A stretch of DNA of 64,000 nucleotides from Octopus vulgaris (Eukaryota): the NCBI GenBank assembly GCA_951406725.2, contig OX597829.1, positions 51,398,001-51,462,000 on the forward strand, given 5' to 3'. The translations under genes and the position numbers were made by a program. A model generated the notes under the pieces. It was not told the origin of the DNA and ran no database searches. It was given only the letters and a program-made list of their open reading frames with translations. Positions 39,569 through 53,646 of the stretch are shown here, piece by piece. The stretch's first letter is position 1, and every line of letters begins with the position of its first letter.

Positions 39569-41686
39569 TATACAAGCAGAGATGATGGTATGAGGATACA
39601 GCATTTGATTTGTAACCATAAGTTTTATTCTATTGCATGGCACTTTGGACAAGTGGATCCCAGTTTGAAAATGAAAATGGTACACAGAAACTGTAAAGAA
39701 GCCTGTCACGCACACACACACATATACACACACAAATCAGTGTTATTTCCAAGATGTTGTGAAAACATTCTGGCCATGGGAAAATATTACCCTTACATGG
39801 AAACAGGTAAGAGTTGGCAACAAAAGGACATCCAAACATAGAAGATTTGTGTCAATAAACTGCATTATATCCATGCAAGCATGAGAAGGAAAATGGATGA
39901 TGAAATGACGATGATGAAGAGAACATTTATTTATTTATTGGAACCTGGTGCAGCCATCTGGTTCGCCAGACCTCAGTCAAAACTGTCCAACCCATGCTAG
40001 CATGGAAAGCAGATATTAAACGATGATGATGATGATCTATTTCCTACAAAAATTCCTTGCTTTGAAACAGAAAGATAGCAGACAATTTAAGAATAAAACA
40101 ATATTTATATCATTTATACAAAAACTGTAACCAATAACTTTGGCACATATTTTTAAAATCTATTTTACTGAACTTATAACCCAAAATAATTTATAACAAA
40201 AACAAATAATGACGATGACGATGATGATGATGATGATGATGATAATAAAACACTCGTTTATAGCTCACCTTCCAAAAGAAACATGACAAAAGTTAATGTA
40301 TACGACACTCGTGATTCATAGCATTGAATGAAACACGTTTTGTAAATTGTAAGAAGGTCGTTTCTAGAACACCCTCACCCTCAACACACCCCTAAAAACA
40401 TTTCAAAACATCAAGACACACCTTTCGTGCATGACGAAGCATATAAGATTACTTCAGGTACACACTGAGAAAGAACGCATTTAGGACAAAACTGGGATAA
40501 ATTTTTTAAAATTTATGTAATCAAGATTTGATTATACATTCAATTCAAAACTCTGGTGTTTTATCAAAAGCAAATCACTGACAGATTGTGACAATTTGTA
40601 AACTTGATAAAGAACAAAGTTACTCTACTGAACATGAAATGTTTGTGCTGCGTAGCTATTTACCAATGAAGTGCCTACGAAATGTCACAGCTAGGCAATA
40701 TTGTCATGTAGTGAAGAAAGCAATTGTTCAGGTTGTTAGGCTGATGAATTTCCTATCCTTATGAATGGGAGGAAACAATCAATTGACTTATTATTCTGGA
40801 TTATTATGCTGGTGGCACGTAACAAACACCATCCGATCGTGGCCGTACCAGCCTCGCCTGGGGTCCGTGCCGGTGGCACGTAAAAAACACCATCCTGGCG
40901 TGGCCGTTCACCAGCCTCGTCTGGCACCTGTGTCCGTGGCACATAGAAAAAAAAACACCATCCGAGCGTGGCCGTTCGCCAGCCTCGTCTGGCACCTGTG
41001 TCGGTGGCACATAAAAATCAGCCACTACACTCACGGAGTGGTTGGCGTTAGGAAGGGCATCCAGCTGTAGAAACACTGCCAGATCTGACTGGAGCCTGGT
41101 GCAGCCTTCTGGCTTCTCAGACCCCAGTTGAACCGTCCAACCCATGCTAGCATGGAAAGCGGAGGCTAAACGATGATGATGATGATGATTACATAAGGCA
41201 GCAAACTGGAAGAATCATTGGTATTCCAGAGAAAATGTTTAGCAGCATTTTGTCTGTCTTTATGTTCTGAGTTCAAATGCCACTGAGGTCAACTTTGCTT
41301 TTCGTCTTTTTGAGGTTGATGAAATAAGTACCAGTTAAGAACTGGGGGTCGATGTGATCAACTTAACCTCCTTCCCCCGAAAATTTCAGCTACATGTATG
41401 TATAACTGGACCCAGAATGAGACTATTTACCGCAGCTATTTGGACACAAATTATTTGGCATGGCTGTTTTGGTGACTGCACTGGGAGTAAAAACATGCAC
41501 ACACACACACGCATGTGCACTAAAAAATATATATCCATATACAGATAGAAAGAGAGGGAGAAGGTGAACATTACAATTCATTAACACTTTCCCTCTCCTC
41601 AGACACATAAAGGTAAACAGTGAAAAATGAGAGGAAGGAGGGGGAGAGGGAAAGAGAGAGAAACATTAAAATTTAGATATCAAATA

Positions 41687-42076
41687 GGCGCAAGAGTGGC
41701 TGTGTGGTAAGTAGCTTGCTAACCAACCACATGGTTCCGGGTTCAGTCCCACTGCGTGGCACCTTGGGCAAGTGTCTTCTACTATAGCCTCGGTCCGACC
41801 AAAGCCTTGTGAGTAGATTTGGTAGACGGAAACTGAAAGAAGCCTGTGGTATATATATGTGTGTGTGTGTGTATGTGTTTGTACCCCTAGCATTGCTTGA
41901 CAACCAATGCTGGTGTCTTTACGTCCCCGTCACTTAGCGGTTCGGCAAAAGAGACCAATAGAATAAGTACTGGGCTTACAAAGAATAAGTCCCAGGGTCG
42001 ATTTGCTCGACTAAAGGTGGTGCTCCAGCATGGCCACAGTCAAATGACTGAAACAAGTAAAAGAGTAAAGAGTAAA
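41687..42076 (+). mobile_element. SINE family A
   Basis: Full-length homology to family A. Confidence 0.9.
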
Positions 42077-42540
42077 ATAAATCATCATCAAATCAGTGAT
42101 GCCAAATATTTAGTGTCAAAGAAGACTCACTCCACTGGGTCATACTTAACCCAAAATATGTAAGGCAAACTATAACAGCCATTGGATCTGAAACTGGGAC
42201 AAGCTGTGAGACTATAACCAAGCCAAACCTTAGTTTTGCTCTTAACTATCGTCCAGAAAGTAACAAGAAAAAGTTTTTGTACAGGTGTTAATAACTTAAT
42301 TATGAAAGAAGAGAAGAAAATTGAGCTCATCTATTATGGCTAAGTTCAAATAAGCAGTGGTATGGAAAAGATTCTTCAAAGAATGAAGATTAGCGAATAG
42401 CAGACCAAGAGGCAGGCAAAGAATGCATTGGATGGACAATATCAAGAGCCAACTGGTTAAGTGTGCCAAGGCAGCTGGTGAACTAATGCTTAATGACAAA
42501 GACTTTCGCTATAGTGCCGTCAATGTGTTGCAAGCATACA

Positions 42541-43001
42541 TGATGATGATGATAACGATGATTATAACAATGACGATAACGATGACAGTAATGATAACAA
42601 CGATGACGATAACAATAATGATGATAACAATGACAATGATGATGATGATAACGATGATGATAACAATGACGATAACGATGACAGTAATGATAACAACGAT
42701 GATGATAACAAATAATGATAACGATGACGATGATGATAACAACGATGACGATAACGATGACAATAATGATAACGACGATGACGATAACAATAATGATAAC
42801 GATGACGACGATGGTAACAATGATAACGATGACAATAATGATAACGATGACGACGATGGTAACAATGATAACGATGACAATAATGATAACGACGATGACG
42901 ATAACAATAATGATAACGATGACAACAATGATGATGACGATGAAGATAACGATGATGACGATAACGATGATAACGATGATGATACTGATGATGGTGATGA
43001 T
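42541..43001. repeat. Degenerate trinucleotide (GAT/AAC/GAC/AAT)n repeat
   Basis: Directly visible; accounts for the Asp/Asn-, Ile- and Ser-rich ORFs here. Confidence 0.95.
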
Positions 43002-44224
43002 CCAGGCATATGTTTGAAGAGAACATTGTGTAAGCTTGATGTATGAAGGGATGATATGGAGAAATGGAGTCAAGAAAGAGAAAAAAACTAAAAGGTCATA
43101 CAGGAATTTTCATCCATCTTGAGAAGCTTGAGCTATACTCTTTAACATTTGAACTAACCATATCCAGCCCAAATATTCTACCTGTTCTACGTTCAGACAG
43201 GCCAAGTCTGGCTTCTCACAACTTTCACGTATTCTTAAAATTGCAATTTCATCAATGAAATCTCAAATGCATGATTAAATTCAAAACAGTGCAAATAAAT
43301 AAGCATTACATTTGACAGAATAATCTGAATGCTAAAGGGTTATATAGTGGTGGAGGTGCATGGTTTAGTGGTTAGGGTGTTGGGCTCATGATCGTAGGTT
43401 TGTGGTTTCGATTCCCGGACCACGTGATGTGTTGTGTTCTTGAGCAAAACACTTCATTTGATGTTGCTTCAGTCGACTCAGCTGGCAAAAATGAGTAATC
43501 CTGCAACGGATTGGAATCCTGGGAAATTTCTACGCCACTGAAACCAGGAAATCAGCCCTTATGACCCTGGCTCGAGAAGGAAACATTTCTTCTTCTAAAG
43601 AGTTATACACTGAAAACCTACAGGTTTTAAGTCTTTTGTTACTGTATTTCTCTTGAAATACACTGCCCCTTTTTACAATTATTTTTGAAAATAATGAAGA
43701 ACATAGTAAAATAATTTGGTCCTTGTTAAGAAGCTGGTATTTAAAATAGAAGATTCAAACTAAATTTTGATGAAAAGTTTGAATCTAGGTCTCTTTAAAA
43801 CTGGAAGTTTGTATCATTAGAAGAACAAAGGGTGTTCTCAGGTTTTTATCAAAAGGATTAAATTAAAGAGAACATAGTAATAGCAAACTGGGATATTTTT
43901 TTAACATTTTGCTAATCATAAAATAACATTGGTTAAGTTATCAGTGTTGTTCTTTTTTTTTTTTTATATAATTATAATAATTTACAGGCAACCACTCATT
44001 TCTCCAAAGTTAATCAAGTACCAGTTACATACTTAGTTAACTACTGAATCATAACAATGAAATGTTTTATACATGCACTCTAGCTTTATTCAGAAGCTAT
44101 TTCGAAAAGGAAAAAAAAATTTTTTAAAAAAAGGAAAAAAGAAAAAGATGTTTTATCAGATAACAGCAAGATTATCAAAACATCTAGCTATGAGCAATGG
44201 TCAATAAACATTTTCGTTTTTTTT

Positions 44225-44404
44225 TCTTTTTATTTGTTTCAGTCATTTGACTGTGCCCATACTGGAGCACCACCTTTAGTTGAGCAAATCGACCCCCCAG
44301 GACTTATTCTTTGGAAGCCTAGTACTTATTCTATCAGTCTCTCTTACCAAACCACTAAGTTACGGAGACGTAAACACACCAGCATCAGTTGTCAAGCGAT
44401 GTTG

Positions 44405-44442
<38 letters not shown>

Positions 44443-44590
44443 ACGGGCTTCTTTCAGTTTCTGTCACAAGGCTTTGGTCGGCCCGAGGCTATAGTTGAAG
44501 ACACTTGCCCAAGGTGCCACGCAGCGGTACTGAACCCGGAACTATGTGGTTTGTAAGCAAGCTACTTACCACACAACCACTCCTGCGCCT
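44225..44590 (-). mobile_element. SINE family A
   Basis: Homology to family A. Confidence 0.85.
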
Positions 44591-45036
44591 TTATTTGACC
44601 ATAAAGTCATCTCAGATCAACATTTGCTAAACATGAGAGAATCATTGACGTTCTTAAAAGGAAATTTTCTCATTTTCCCATAACGATATTTAACAATTCT
44701 GTAGGAAAGTCTTACAGCATTTGCATAATTTCAAGTTAGGAATTATTTACCAGAGTTTGGGTTATTTCAGTGTACAAATCTTATCAGAGTATCACAGCAT
44801 TCAGACAGCTAATCGAGATAAGTCAACTTTTGCAGTTAATTTAACCCTTTAGCATTAAAACTGACCATATCTGGCCAAAATATTCTACCTGCTTTGTGTT
44901 CAAACTGGTCACATCTGACCCCTCAAACTTTCCCCTACAAAATAAACTACCCCTCATACTCTCCCCTAAAAATAAACTACCACATCATCAGACTCTTGAA
45001 GCTACAAGATAATTCATGTTAATTCAAAACAATGCA

Positions 45037-45424
45037 AGTGGCTGTGTGGTAAGTAGCTTGCTTACCAACCACATGGTTCCGGGTTCAGTCCCACTGCATG
45101 GCACCTTGGGCAAGTGTCTTCTACTATAGCCTCGGGCCAACCAAAGCCTTGTGAGTGGATTTGGTAGACGGAAACTGAAAGAAGCCCGTCGCGCATGCGC
45201 GCGTTTGTGTGTCTATGTTTGTCCCTCCAACATCGCTTGAAAACCGATGATGGTGTGTTTACATCTATGTGACTTAGCGGTTTGCCAAAAGTGACCGATA
45301 GAATAAGTACTAGGCTTACAAAGAATAATTCCTGGAGTCGATTTACTCGACTAAAGGTGGTGCTCCAGCATGGCCACAGCCAAATGACTGAAACAAGTAA
45401 GAGAGTAAAAGAGTAAAGAGTAAA
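45037..45424 (+). mobile_element. SINE family A
   Basis: Homology to family A. Confidence 0.85.
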
Positions 45425-45474
45425 GTGAGAAGATACATTGCAGAACTGTTATTTTAATGAGTTGTATCTTTCAA

Positions 45475-45578
45475 TCACCTGAAGAGACACATCTACACCA
45501 TTGGATGCTCCTAAACCAGTTGATAAGTTTCCCATCCGTGAGGGATCAATGCTAGATGGATCGAAACAATTGTAGTGA
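45475..45578 (+). ncRNA. Type I hammerhead ribozyme motif
   Basis: TCAC CTGAAGA, stem II (catcta...tagatg), GAAA, palindromic ACAATTGT, GTA, GTGA (stem I TCAC/GTGA). Mutated second copy at 46987-47090. Confidence 0.75.
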
Positions 45579-45849
45579 TTAATAAAAATTCTCATATCTT
45601 CCATCTCATTAACCAAATATAAATGTGTGTGTATGTGTGTCATCCGTCCGTGACCGTTTGCCAGCTCCATCTGGCACCTGTGCGGGTGGCACGTAAAAGC
45701 ACCCACTACACTCACGGAGTGGTTGGCGTTAGGAAGGGCATCCAGCCGTAGAAACACTGCCAGATCAGACTGGGCCTGGTGCAGCCTTCTGGCTTCACAG
45801 ACCCCAGTTGAACCGTCCAACCCATGCTAGCATGGAAAGCGGACGCTAA

Positions 45850-45908
<59 letters not shown>

Positions 45909-48148
45909 TGCGAATTAGAGCTCAACACTGCAATGGATAAAAAATCTTTATGGTTTATGGCTACCATTGGTTTCATGTAAGTGATAAATCCCTTAACAAT
46001 TATCAAGCCTGCAACATGGAAACATTGGTGTTCATTTCCATCTTGGATTAAAACAATAAAATCACATAAGATCATGATAAAACAATGTGAGATTTTAGGT
46101 AAAGAAGACAAATATCAGGGGCAACAACTTTTGAATTATTATCTCCCTTGCCTCAAATTTAGGCTAATTTTGATTTGAACTGTTCAAATATTTGCTAACC
46201 TGATAAAATTTTTTATAAACTTTCAAGAGAACATGAAATAATTCTGTTTTTCTTTTAATATATTTCAAAGCACACATTTTGCTATAAATAAAAGCACATA
46301 AATATCATTTTTCAAATTTTGAAACAAGGCCAGCAACTTCAGGGAGAGGATAAGTGAACTACATCAGTAGTCAACTGGTACTTATTCTATTGACCCTGAA
46401 AGGATGAAAGGCAAAGTTGACTTCAGTGGAATTTGAACTCAGAACAGACGAAATGCTAAGCATTTTGCCTGGTGTACTAACGATTTTGCTAGCTCGCCAT
46501 TTAAAGGCACAAAAATATTGGGTTAAAAAAACCTGTCATGGTTACAAACGTCAAAGTTGCCCATGGAACTCAAATCTATATCTCCTATAAGCACGGTAGA
46601 TGTTCTACCATTGGACCAAAGTCAATCCTTTGACTTTCTCAATCTACTTTAGAAAATTTATTCTGAGCAGAAAGAACTGTATGTTGTTAACATTATAACA
46701 GAAGTGGGTTTGAGTCCATGGGAAGCTTTTAACTTTTTCTATTCCAAAGGGTTTTTCAATATATTCACGTGGTATTATATATGGCTTTATGTGTACTTCA
46801 AGATCCACTATTTAAAAAAAAAGAATTATTCATATACATATACATAAATGTTTGTGTGTGTGTGCAGGTAAGCTTGCTTTGAATTCTTAAAATCCCAGGT
46901 TGTGGTTAATTTACTGCTTTTGTATAGACATACTGAAAAGAAATCTTGCAGGACAGAAGTTATTTTAACAAGATACATCTTGTAAATCACCTGAAGAGAC
47001 ACATCTACATCGACAGATACACCTAAACTAGATGTTCAGTCTCCCACCCGTGAGAAATCAATGCTAGATGGATCAAAACAATTGAAGTGATCAATAACCA
47101 GTCTCATATCTTCCATCTCTCTCATTAATCAAACACATTATATATATATATATATATAAACATAACCCCCCCACACACACACACACACACACATATATAA
47201 CTATATATGTCATCACTTGATTGTTCTCTTAAACATGAGCAGCATTGATGTGGCTTTTCAGTTCTGCATTGCAAAGATCTGGCACTGCCGGATGCCTTTT
47301 GCAGTAGGCATTCAGATAGATTACTACACAAGCTGACATGTTTCTTCATTCCATAATGGAATCGGATGTAGACCAAGTCACAGGTGTTACCACCTAGTTT
47401 TCTTTATCCTAGAGAGGGGTCCAAACAAACACTAGGAGGTCTCTCACTTCCAGCTGTTGGATGACCATTCACTCTAATCAATTCATGCACCTTTTGACAG
47501 GTTCTGTTTTCTTTCCCACAGTGAAGTTACGTGGCCTAGTGGTTAGATTGTTGCACTCGTGATTGTCAGATTGTGGGTTCAATTCCCATACAAGGCTGCG
47601 TGTCGTGTTCAAGAGCAAAACAGTTAATTTCACATTGCTCTATTACTTTGTGGGGATCTGACACGTCAAAGAACAGACCCAACGTTAGCTCTGCATGTCG
47701 TAAAAGGTGACTAAAAGAGGTTTAGGGTTGTGGTGGGATTTGCAATCAGACTTCATAAAACCCTCACCAGCAACAACTACCCAAACAGACCCATGGGTTG
47801 GAGGCTGTTGCCTCTATGGTGCAAAGGCATCATCAAGAATAAGAACTCCAACTAATGCTAGGTGCAACAAAATGCTCCTACAGCACATGCCCCAATATTA
47901 TTATTACTACTGCAGTGTCTATAAAAAAAAAAAACTCCCCCTCCCTACCAAGCAAACTTAGAAGAGTTTAGTCACCAATGGCCCAACCATACAACAGGTA
48001 TATACATGTATTGACACATATGTACATATATGTATGTATTCACTTATATACACATAGATATATAAATATATATATGAAATGTCTTAGACTTACTTCTGTG
48101 CTATTTCCACCTCCATCTTTTACATATCTATCTATATAATGTGGGATG

Positions 48149-48404
48149 TGGAAGCACTCCGTCAGTTACGACGACGAGGGTTCCGGTTGATCCGAATCAA
48201 CGGAACAGCCTGCTCATGAAATTAACGTGTAAGTGGCTGAGCACTCCACAGACACGTGTACCTTTAATGTAGTTCTCGGGGATATTCAGCGTGACACAGA
48301 GGTGTTTTCGCTCAATAAACACTCACAACGCCCGGTCTGGGAATCGAAACCGCGATCCTACGACCGTGAGTCCGCTGCCCTAACCACTGGGCCATTGCAC
48401 CTCC
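48149..48404 (-). mobile_element. SINE family D with a ~130-bp internal deletion
   Basis: Near-identical to the 32385 copy apart from the deletion; TSD CTATCTATATAAT. Older related heads at 43350, 47528, 48738 and 56580-56800. Confidence 0.85.
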
Positions 48405-48676
48405 ACTCCTATCTATATAATACAAATTAGTTGAATAAAGTTACATGGTCTGGTTCTCATATTTTTATTATTGTATTTACAGAATTTTTTTTTAGTGTTG
48501 AAGTATGTTAAACATTACAAAAATATTTTGTAATGTTCATAAAGTTCAAAACACTTCAACACTGTAAAAAAAACATTTTTGTTTAAATACGATAATAAAA
48601 AAAGATGAAAACCAGACCATGTTGTAACTTTATTCAACTGATATATTATTCTATACACATTTACACAAACTCAGGA

Positions 48677-48727
<51 letters not shown>

Positions 48728-49089
48728 TCATGACAGTACATGGCTCAGTGATTAGAACATAAAAGCTCACAATCATGAGGTAGTGAGTTTGATTTCCAGA
48801 CCAGACAGGTGTTGTGTTCTTGAGCAATACACTTCACTTCACGTTACTGCAGTTCAATCAGCTGTAGAAATGAGTTGTGACATCAGTGGTGCAAAGCTGT
48901 ATCAACCTTTGCCTTTCCCTTGGATAACATCAGTGGCATGGCGAGAGGAGGCAGCTGGTATGCATGGATGACTTCAGGTCGTATATAAACAACCTTGCCT
49001 GGATTGCAGCTACGAGAAGGAACTTTCTAGGTGCAATCCCATGGTTATTCATGACCGAAGGAGCTCTTTACCCTTAATCCTTTATATAT

Positions 49090-49510
49090 ACATCTCAAGT
49101 GAATGGAACTTATGGAGGAGGGGGACCCAAGAAGAGACGGGGTGAAGTACTGATGACCTCAGGACACTGAATCTTCTAGAGATGACAAAGGACCGAGATA
49201 TCTGGTACCTTGCTGTATTCAAGAAGACCTGTCCTCCACAGCAGAAGTGTTAGTGATACATCCCTGATGAAGAGGAATGGTATGCAAGGGCCATGTTCCA
49301 GTGTCACATAAAAAGCATTTGTGCCAGTGCCATGTAAAAGCCCTCATGCCATTGCCACGTTAAAAACATGCAGCACACTCTGTAAGGTGATTGGCTTTAT
49401 GAAGGGCATTCAACTGTAGAAACCAAGCCAAATTAGACTGGAACCTGGTGCAGCTTTCCAGCTCTAGCCAAACTGTCCATGGACAATGGACATTAAAGGA
49501 TTATGATGAT
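49090..49510 (+). mobile_element. RTE-clade LINE 3' fragment
   Basis: Decayed RGGPKKRRGEV..DLRTLNLLEMTKDRDIW, followed by the family C 3'UTR. Confidence 0.65.
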
Positions 49511-50030
49511 GCACAAGTAGCCTTGTTTATCACTGATTTATTCATCACTGATCCAGTATAACACAGGTTGGTAAATCAGTCAAAGATTTTGTTTCTACTG
49601 CAAAACCCCATCTTAGCAACCTTCCACAATGCTCAGCTACCCAGAATGCACTGATGCACTGGCCATTGCTTGTGTTTACATTACCATGCTGCAAGGCTGT
49701 GTTTTTGGGGGGTTTTATTGTTAATATGTATTTACAGAGTTGTATCCATCAACACAGAACCAGTGAATAGAAAAACGGTCCAAAGGCACTTGAACCAAAC
49801 AAACAACACGGATGAGAGTATATTCCTTATAGGAAATGGTAGAGATGACCAAGGAAATACACAACGGTGGAATCTCCACTGCTGTGGGCCATGAGTTTGG
49901 TGCCAATGAATCTAGCATTCTTTCCATTTACAAACTGGTGTGGAGAGAATTCATATAGCACAATGGTTTTATTTTTGCAACTAAACTCACGAACTACACC
50001 CAAGTGTTAATAGCAGTCTTAAACATATAT

Positions 50031-50260
50031 ATTTCTTTACTACCCACAAGGGGCTAAACACAGAGGGAACAAACAAGGACAGACAAAGGGATTAAGTCGA
50101 TTATATCGACCCCAGTGCGTAACTGGTACTTAATTTATCGACCCCGAAAGGATGAAAGGCAAAGTCGACCTCGGCGGAATTTGAACTCAGAACGTAACGG
50201 CAGACGAAATACGGCTACGCATTTCGCCCGGCATGCTAACGTTTCTGCCAGCTCGCCACC
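50031..50260 (-). mobile_element. SINE family B
   Basis: Full length; TSD GCAGTCTTAAACATATAT on both sides. Confidence 0.9.
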
Positions 50261-51171
50261 TTCATCGCAGTCTTAAACATATATTGGACAACTCATCCCA
50301 CCAAGAAACACCTGTGTAAAGATCTACCTGTTTCCACTATTATAAAGGGAAAGCACTTGCTCTTTGTGGGGACACTGCCGGTGAGCTAAACAAGAGCTGA
50401 CAAATGACTAAGTGTTATGGATGCTAAAGTAGGACTGTACATGCACAGGTTGTCTGAACACAATGTCTGTAGATCAACACAGCAGAAATACTGGATGGCT
50501 CCTCAAAGATCTCCCTCAACTAATGCAGGACCAAGATAGATGGCAAGAGCAGCTTAAAATTGTTCAAGTAAGATGATCACACACACACACACATACTATT
50601 ATGGCTGTCAAATATTAATTCACACATTCACTGGCGTTAGGAAGGGCATCCAGCTGTAGAAATTCTGCCAGATCAGACTGGAGCCTGGTGCAGCCCCTGG
50701 CTTCCCAGACCCCGGTCGAACCGTCCAACCCATGCTAGAACGGAAAACGGACGTTAAACGATGATGATGATGATGATTCACAGCATGTTCTGTGACAATT
50801 AGCTACAGGCAATAATTATATATAGATATATATATATAAGGTGTTTGCTTGCATGCCTATTTATATGTATATGTATGTCTGATATGTGTGTATGTGTATA
50901 CACACACACACGCTTTTTTTTTTTTTTTTTAATATGGAATGATCTTGTACTCGTTTTGGTTCCATAATTAATCATACGTAGGTGTGAGTTACGTCCCTTG
51001 TCACCTCATTTGGATTTATTCACTTATCCATAAATGTATTATTATGTATCAAATGTATGGAAAGAGAGATGCTGGTGTGGTAAGAAGTTTGCTTCCCAAT
51101 CACATGGTTCTGGGTTCAGTCCCACTGCATAGCACCTTAGGCAAGTGTCTTCTATATATGTTTTCTTATGT

Positions 51172-51396
51172 TTTCTTATTACCCACAAGGGGCTAAACAT
51201 AGAGGGGACAAACAAAGACAGACAAACGAATTAAGTCGATTATATCGACCCCAGTGTGTAACTGGTACTTAATTTATCGACCCCGAAAGGATGAAAGGCA
51301 AAGTCGACCTCGGTGGAATTTGAACTCAGAACGCAGCGACAGACGAAATACCACAAAGCATTTCGCCCGGCGTGCTAACGATTCTGCCAGCTCACC
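51172..51396 (-). mobile_element. SINE family B inserted into a family A head
   Basis: TSD-like GTGTCTTCTATATA on both sides. Confidence 0.85.
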
Positions 51397-51539
51397 GTGT
51401 CTTCTATATAACCCCAAGCCAACCACAAGTTCCAATATCTACCATTAGGCATTGTGATTGTTTTGAATTCAGATTTATTTATGTCTATTTATTGGCTATT
51501 TTCTCATTCTCATTTATTTGTGAATGTTTTTTGTCCCCC

Positions 51540-51710
51540 ATGGCTCCTAAGAAAATTCATAGTGAAAGTGCTAACTGTCATGCTATAAAGCTGGAAGATA
51601 AACTGGCTATGATAAAACGCCATGAAAAAGGTGAAAAAGTGATAGCGATCTTTTGGGATAAGTTGGGTAACTGTATTGACGACTGTACATAATAAGGACA
51701 AGATTTTAGC
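51540..51710 (+). pseudogene. Tigger/pogo transposase N-terminal HTH remnant
   Basis: MAPKK...AIKLEDKLAMIKRHEKGEKVIAI resembles the CENP-B/Tigger psq-type HTH; then frameshifted. Confidence 0.65.
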
Positions 51711-51922
51711 ACACATGGTTTTTATTAACCAAGTATTATTGAAAATGCATTCATAAATAAAGTACAGAATTGGGAATGGTTATTATCGGTTTAGCCTGGA
51801 GACAAGTACATTCAGCCTGGCCTAGTATTGCTGCTGTGTTGATCTACAGACATGGTGTTCAGACAACATGCGCATGTACAGCCCTACTTTAACATCCATG
51901 TAGGGTGAGGTATGCCTGTGAA

Positions 51923-51969
<47 letters not shown>

Positions 51970-53421
51970 CTATGTGTTTTTGTGTTTGTCCCCTATCACC
52001 CCTTTGGTATGTTTATATCCCTGTAGCAAGAAAACAGTAAGTACCAGGCTTAAGACAAAAGTACTGGGGTCAATTTACTCAACTCAAGTTCTTCAAGGCG
52101 GTATCCTAGCATGGCCACAGTCTAACAGAGAGAAAAAAACATCTAGTGAGGATGGGGTAAGACAAGCAAAAACGTTTGTGAAATGCCTATACTTAACAGA
52201 TATCCAGAAAGGATTGGGGAAACATTAGGCAAAGATCTATTATTTCAAGATGCAAAAATCTATAAAAAAAGATGGGGTTTTATGTAGTCAGTTTGCACTG
52301 ACTGTGTATGAATTTTCTTTTGTGTATGCAAGGGTTTAAGATCTCTGTCTTAGTGTTAAGATATTTATTTCCACAAATCATTTTTAAGATTACACTCTTT
52401 GCTGATATGGAATGCTTCCTACTCTCCAAAACATTCATGCATGGTTTAAACTTTTAGACAATCTCCCAGTAGAAGTAAAGTTTCTATCATTTTCTTTTAA
52501 TTGTAAGATATAGCTTCCAAGTTATGTCATATTCTATTTTTCAGTGTACTCTAAACAAATCACTTTGGTTGATAACTTCTGCTTGAAGTTTTAGGCTGGT
52601 GTTCAGGTTTCCATTCACGTATTTGACCTCTACTTTATAACTGAAGTCCTGGTTTTACTACACGCTCTATTTAGCAGACATGTCACAGATATCTTTCGTG
52701 AACATCCAGCTTCAACATTAAGGATAGGTTGGCAGGATTCATTTTACATCAGCAGTGTAGTAATAATAAGTGGTCTTAACTATGTGTCTACTGAACCTTT
52801 TACCTGGTTTCCAGGAATACTGTGCAAAACCATGCAATATACTGTGCCATGTATTATGTAAACAGGCCCCATTTTTGAAGTTGGTTAATTTGCATATAGT
52901 GTGTTAAAAATAGTTTTGCCTTACTTTTTCATGCAGATTTCTAAAGATTAGATATACTCTGCTTTAGAAGTGTGTTGATCCGCACCCATCTGTTAAATAA
53001 AATCATGTTCTTTACTTTGTTTAATTTTCATTGTATAAACATTATATTTTATAAATAGTATAGTATGGTATATTCTAAGAATTTTAAGTAGAATAATAAA
53101 CATCAAAAAGACTGTACTTTAGAAATGTGCTAATGTGAATCTGTTAGGTACAATTTAAATATTATAATTTTTTTCATGTATTCTTTTCTTTTACCTGTTT
53201 CAGTCATTTGACTGCGGCCATACTGGATCACCCACCTTAAAGGATATTTTAGTCAAAGAAAGTGTAAGTCTATTTATGGTATCAGTCTCTTTTGCCAAAC
53301 TGTTAAGTTATGGGGGGCATAAACATGCCAACATAAGTTGTCTAGTGATTGGAGGGGGGACAGACACAAAGAACACAAATATATATATATATCTAAACCT
53401 CGCTAAGATAAATATTTCAAT

Positions 53422-53490
53422 TACCTGAAGATTGACTGTAACCATAACTCGAATTATTAAGAATTGGACAGCCATGAAACGATCGTAGTG
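53422..53490 (+). ncRNA. Minimal type I hammerhead ribozyme motif (Penelope-like element associated)
   Basis: tac CTGAAGA, stem II (tgactgt...acagcca), GAAA, palindromic ACGATCGT, GTA cleavage triplet, gtg. Confidence 0.75.
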
Positions 53491-53646
53491 TTTTACTCTT
53501 TTATTAAACTTTTAATACTCTTGATATATATTTAAAATAATATAAATTAATTAATTTTATGTATTGGCTTAAGTTTTTCATTGTTTGATTTTCCTAATAG
53601 TGGTTTTATCTTTAATTTAATATAATTATATATATATATATATATA

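Noticed and set aside
42423-43073. 207-aa Asp/Asn-rich ORF and overlapping ORFs
   Set aside because: Produced by the trinucleotide repeat; no splice or domain support.
52200-53150. Repeat-poor stretch as an exon or transposase
   Set aside because: No sustained ORF, recognisable motif or splice pair found.
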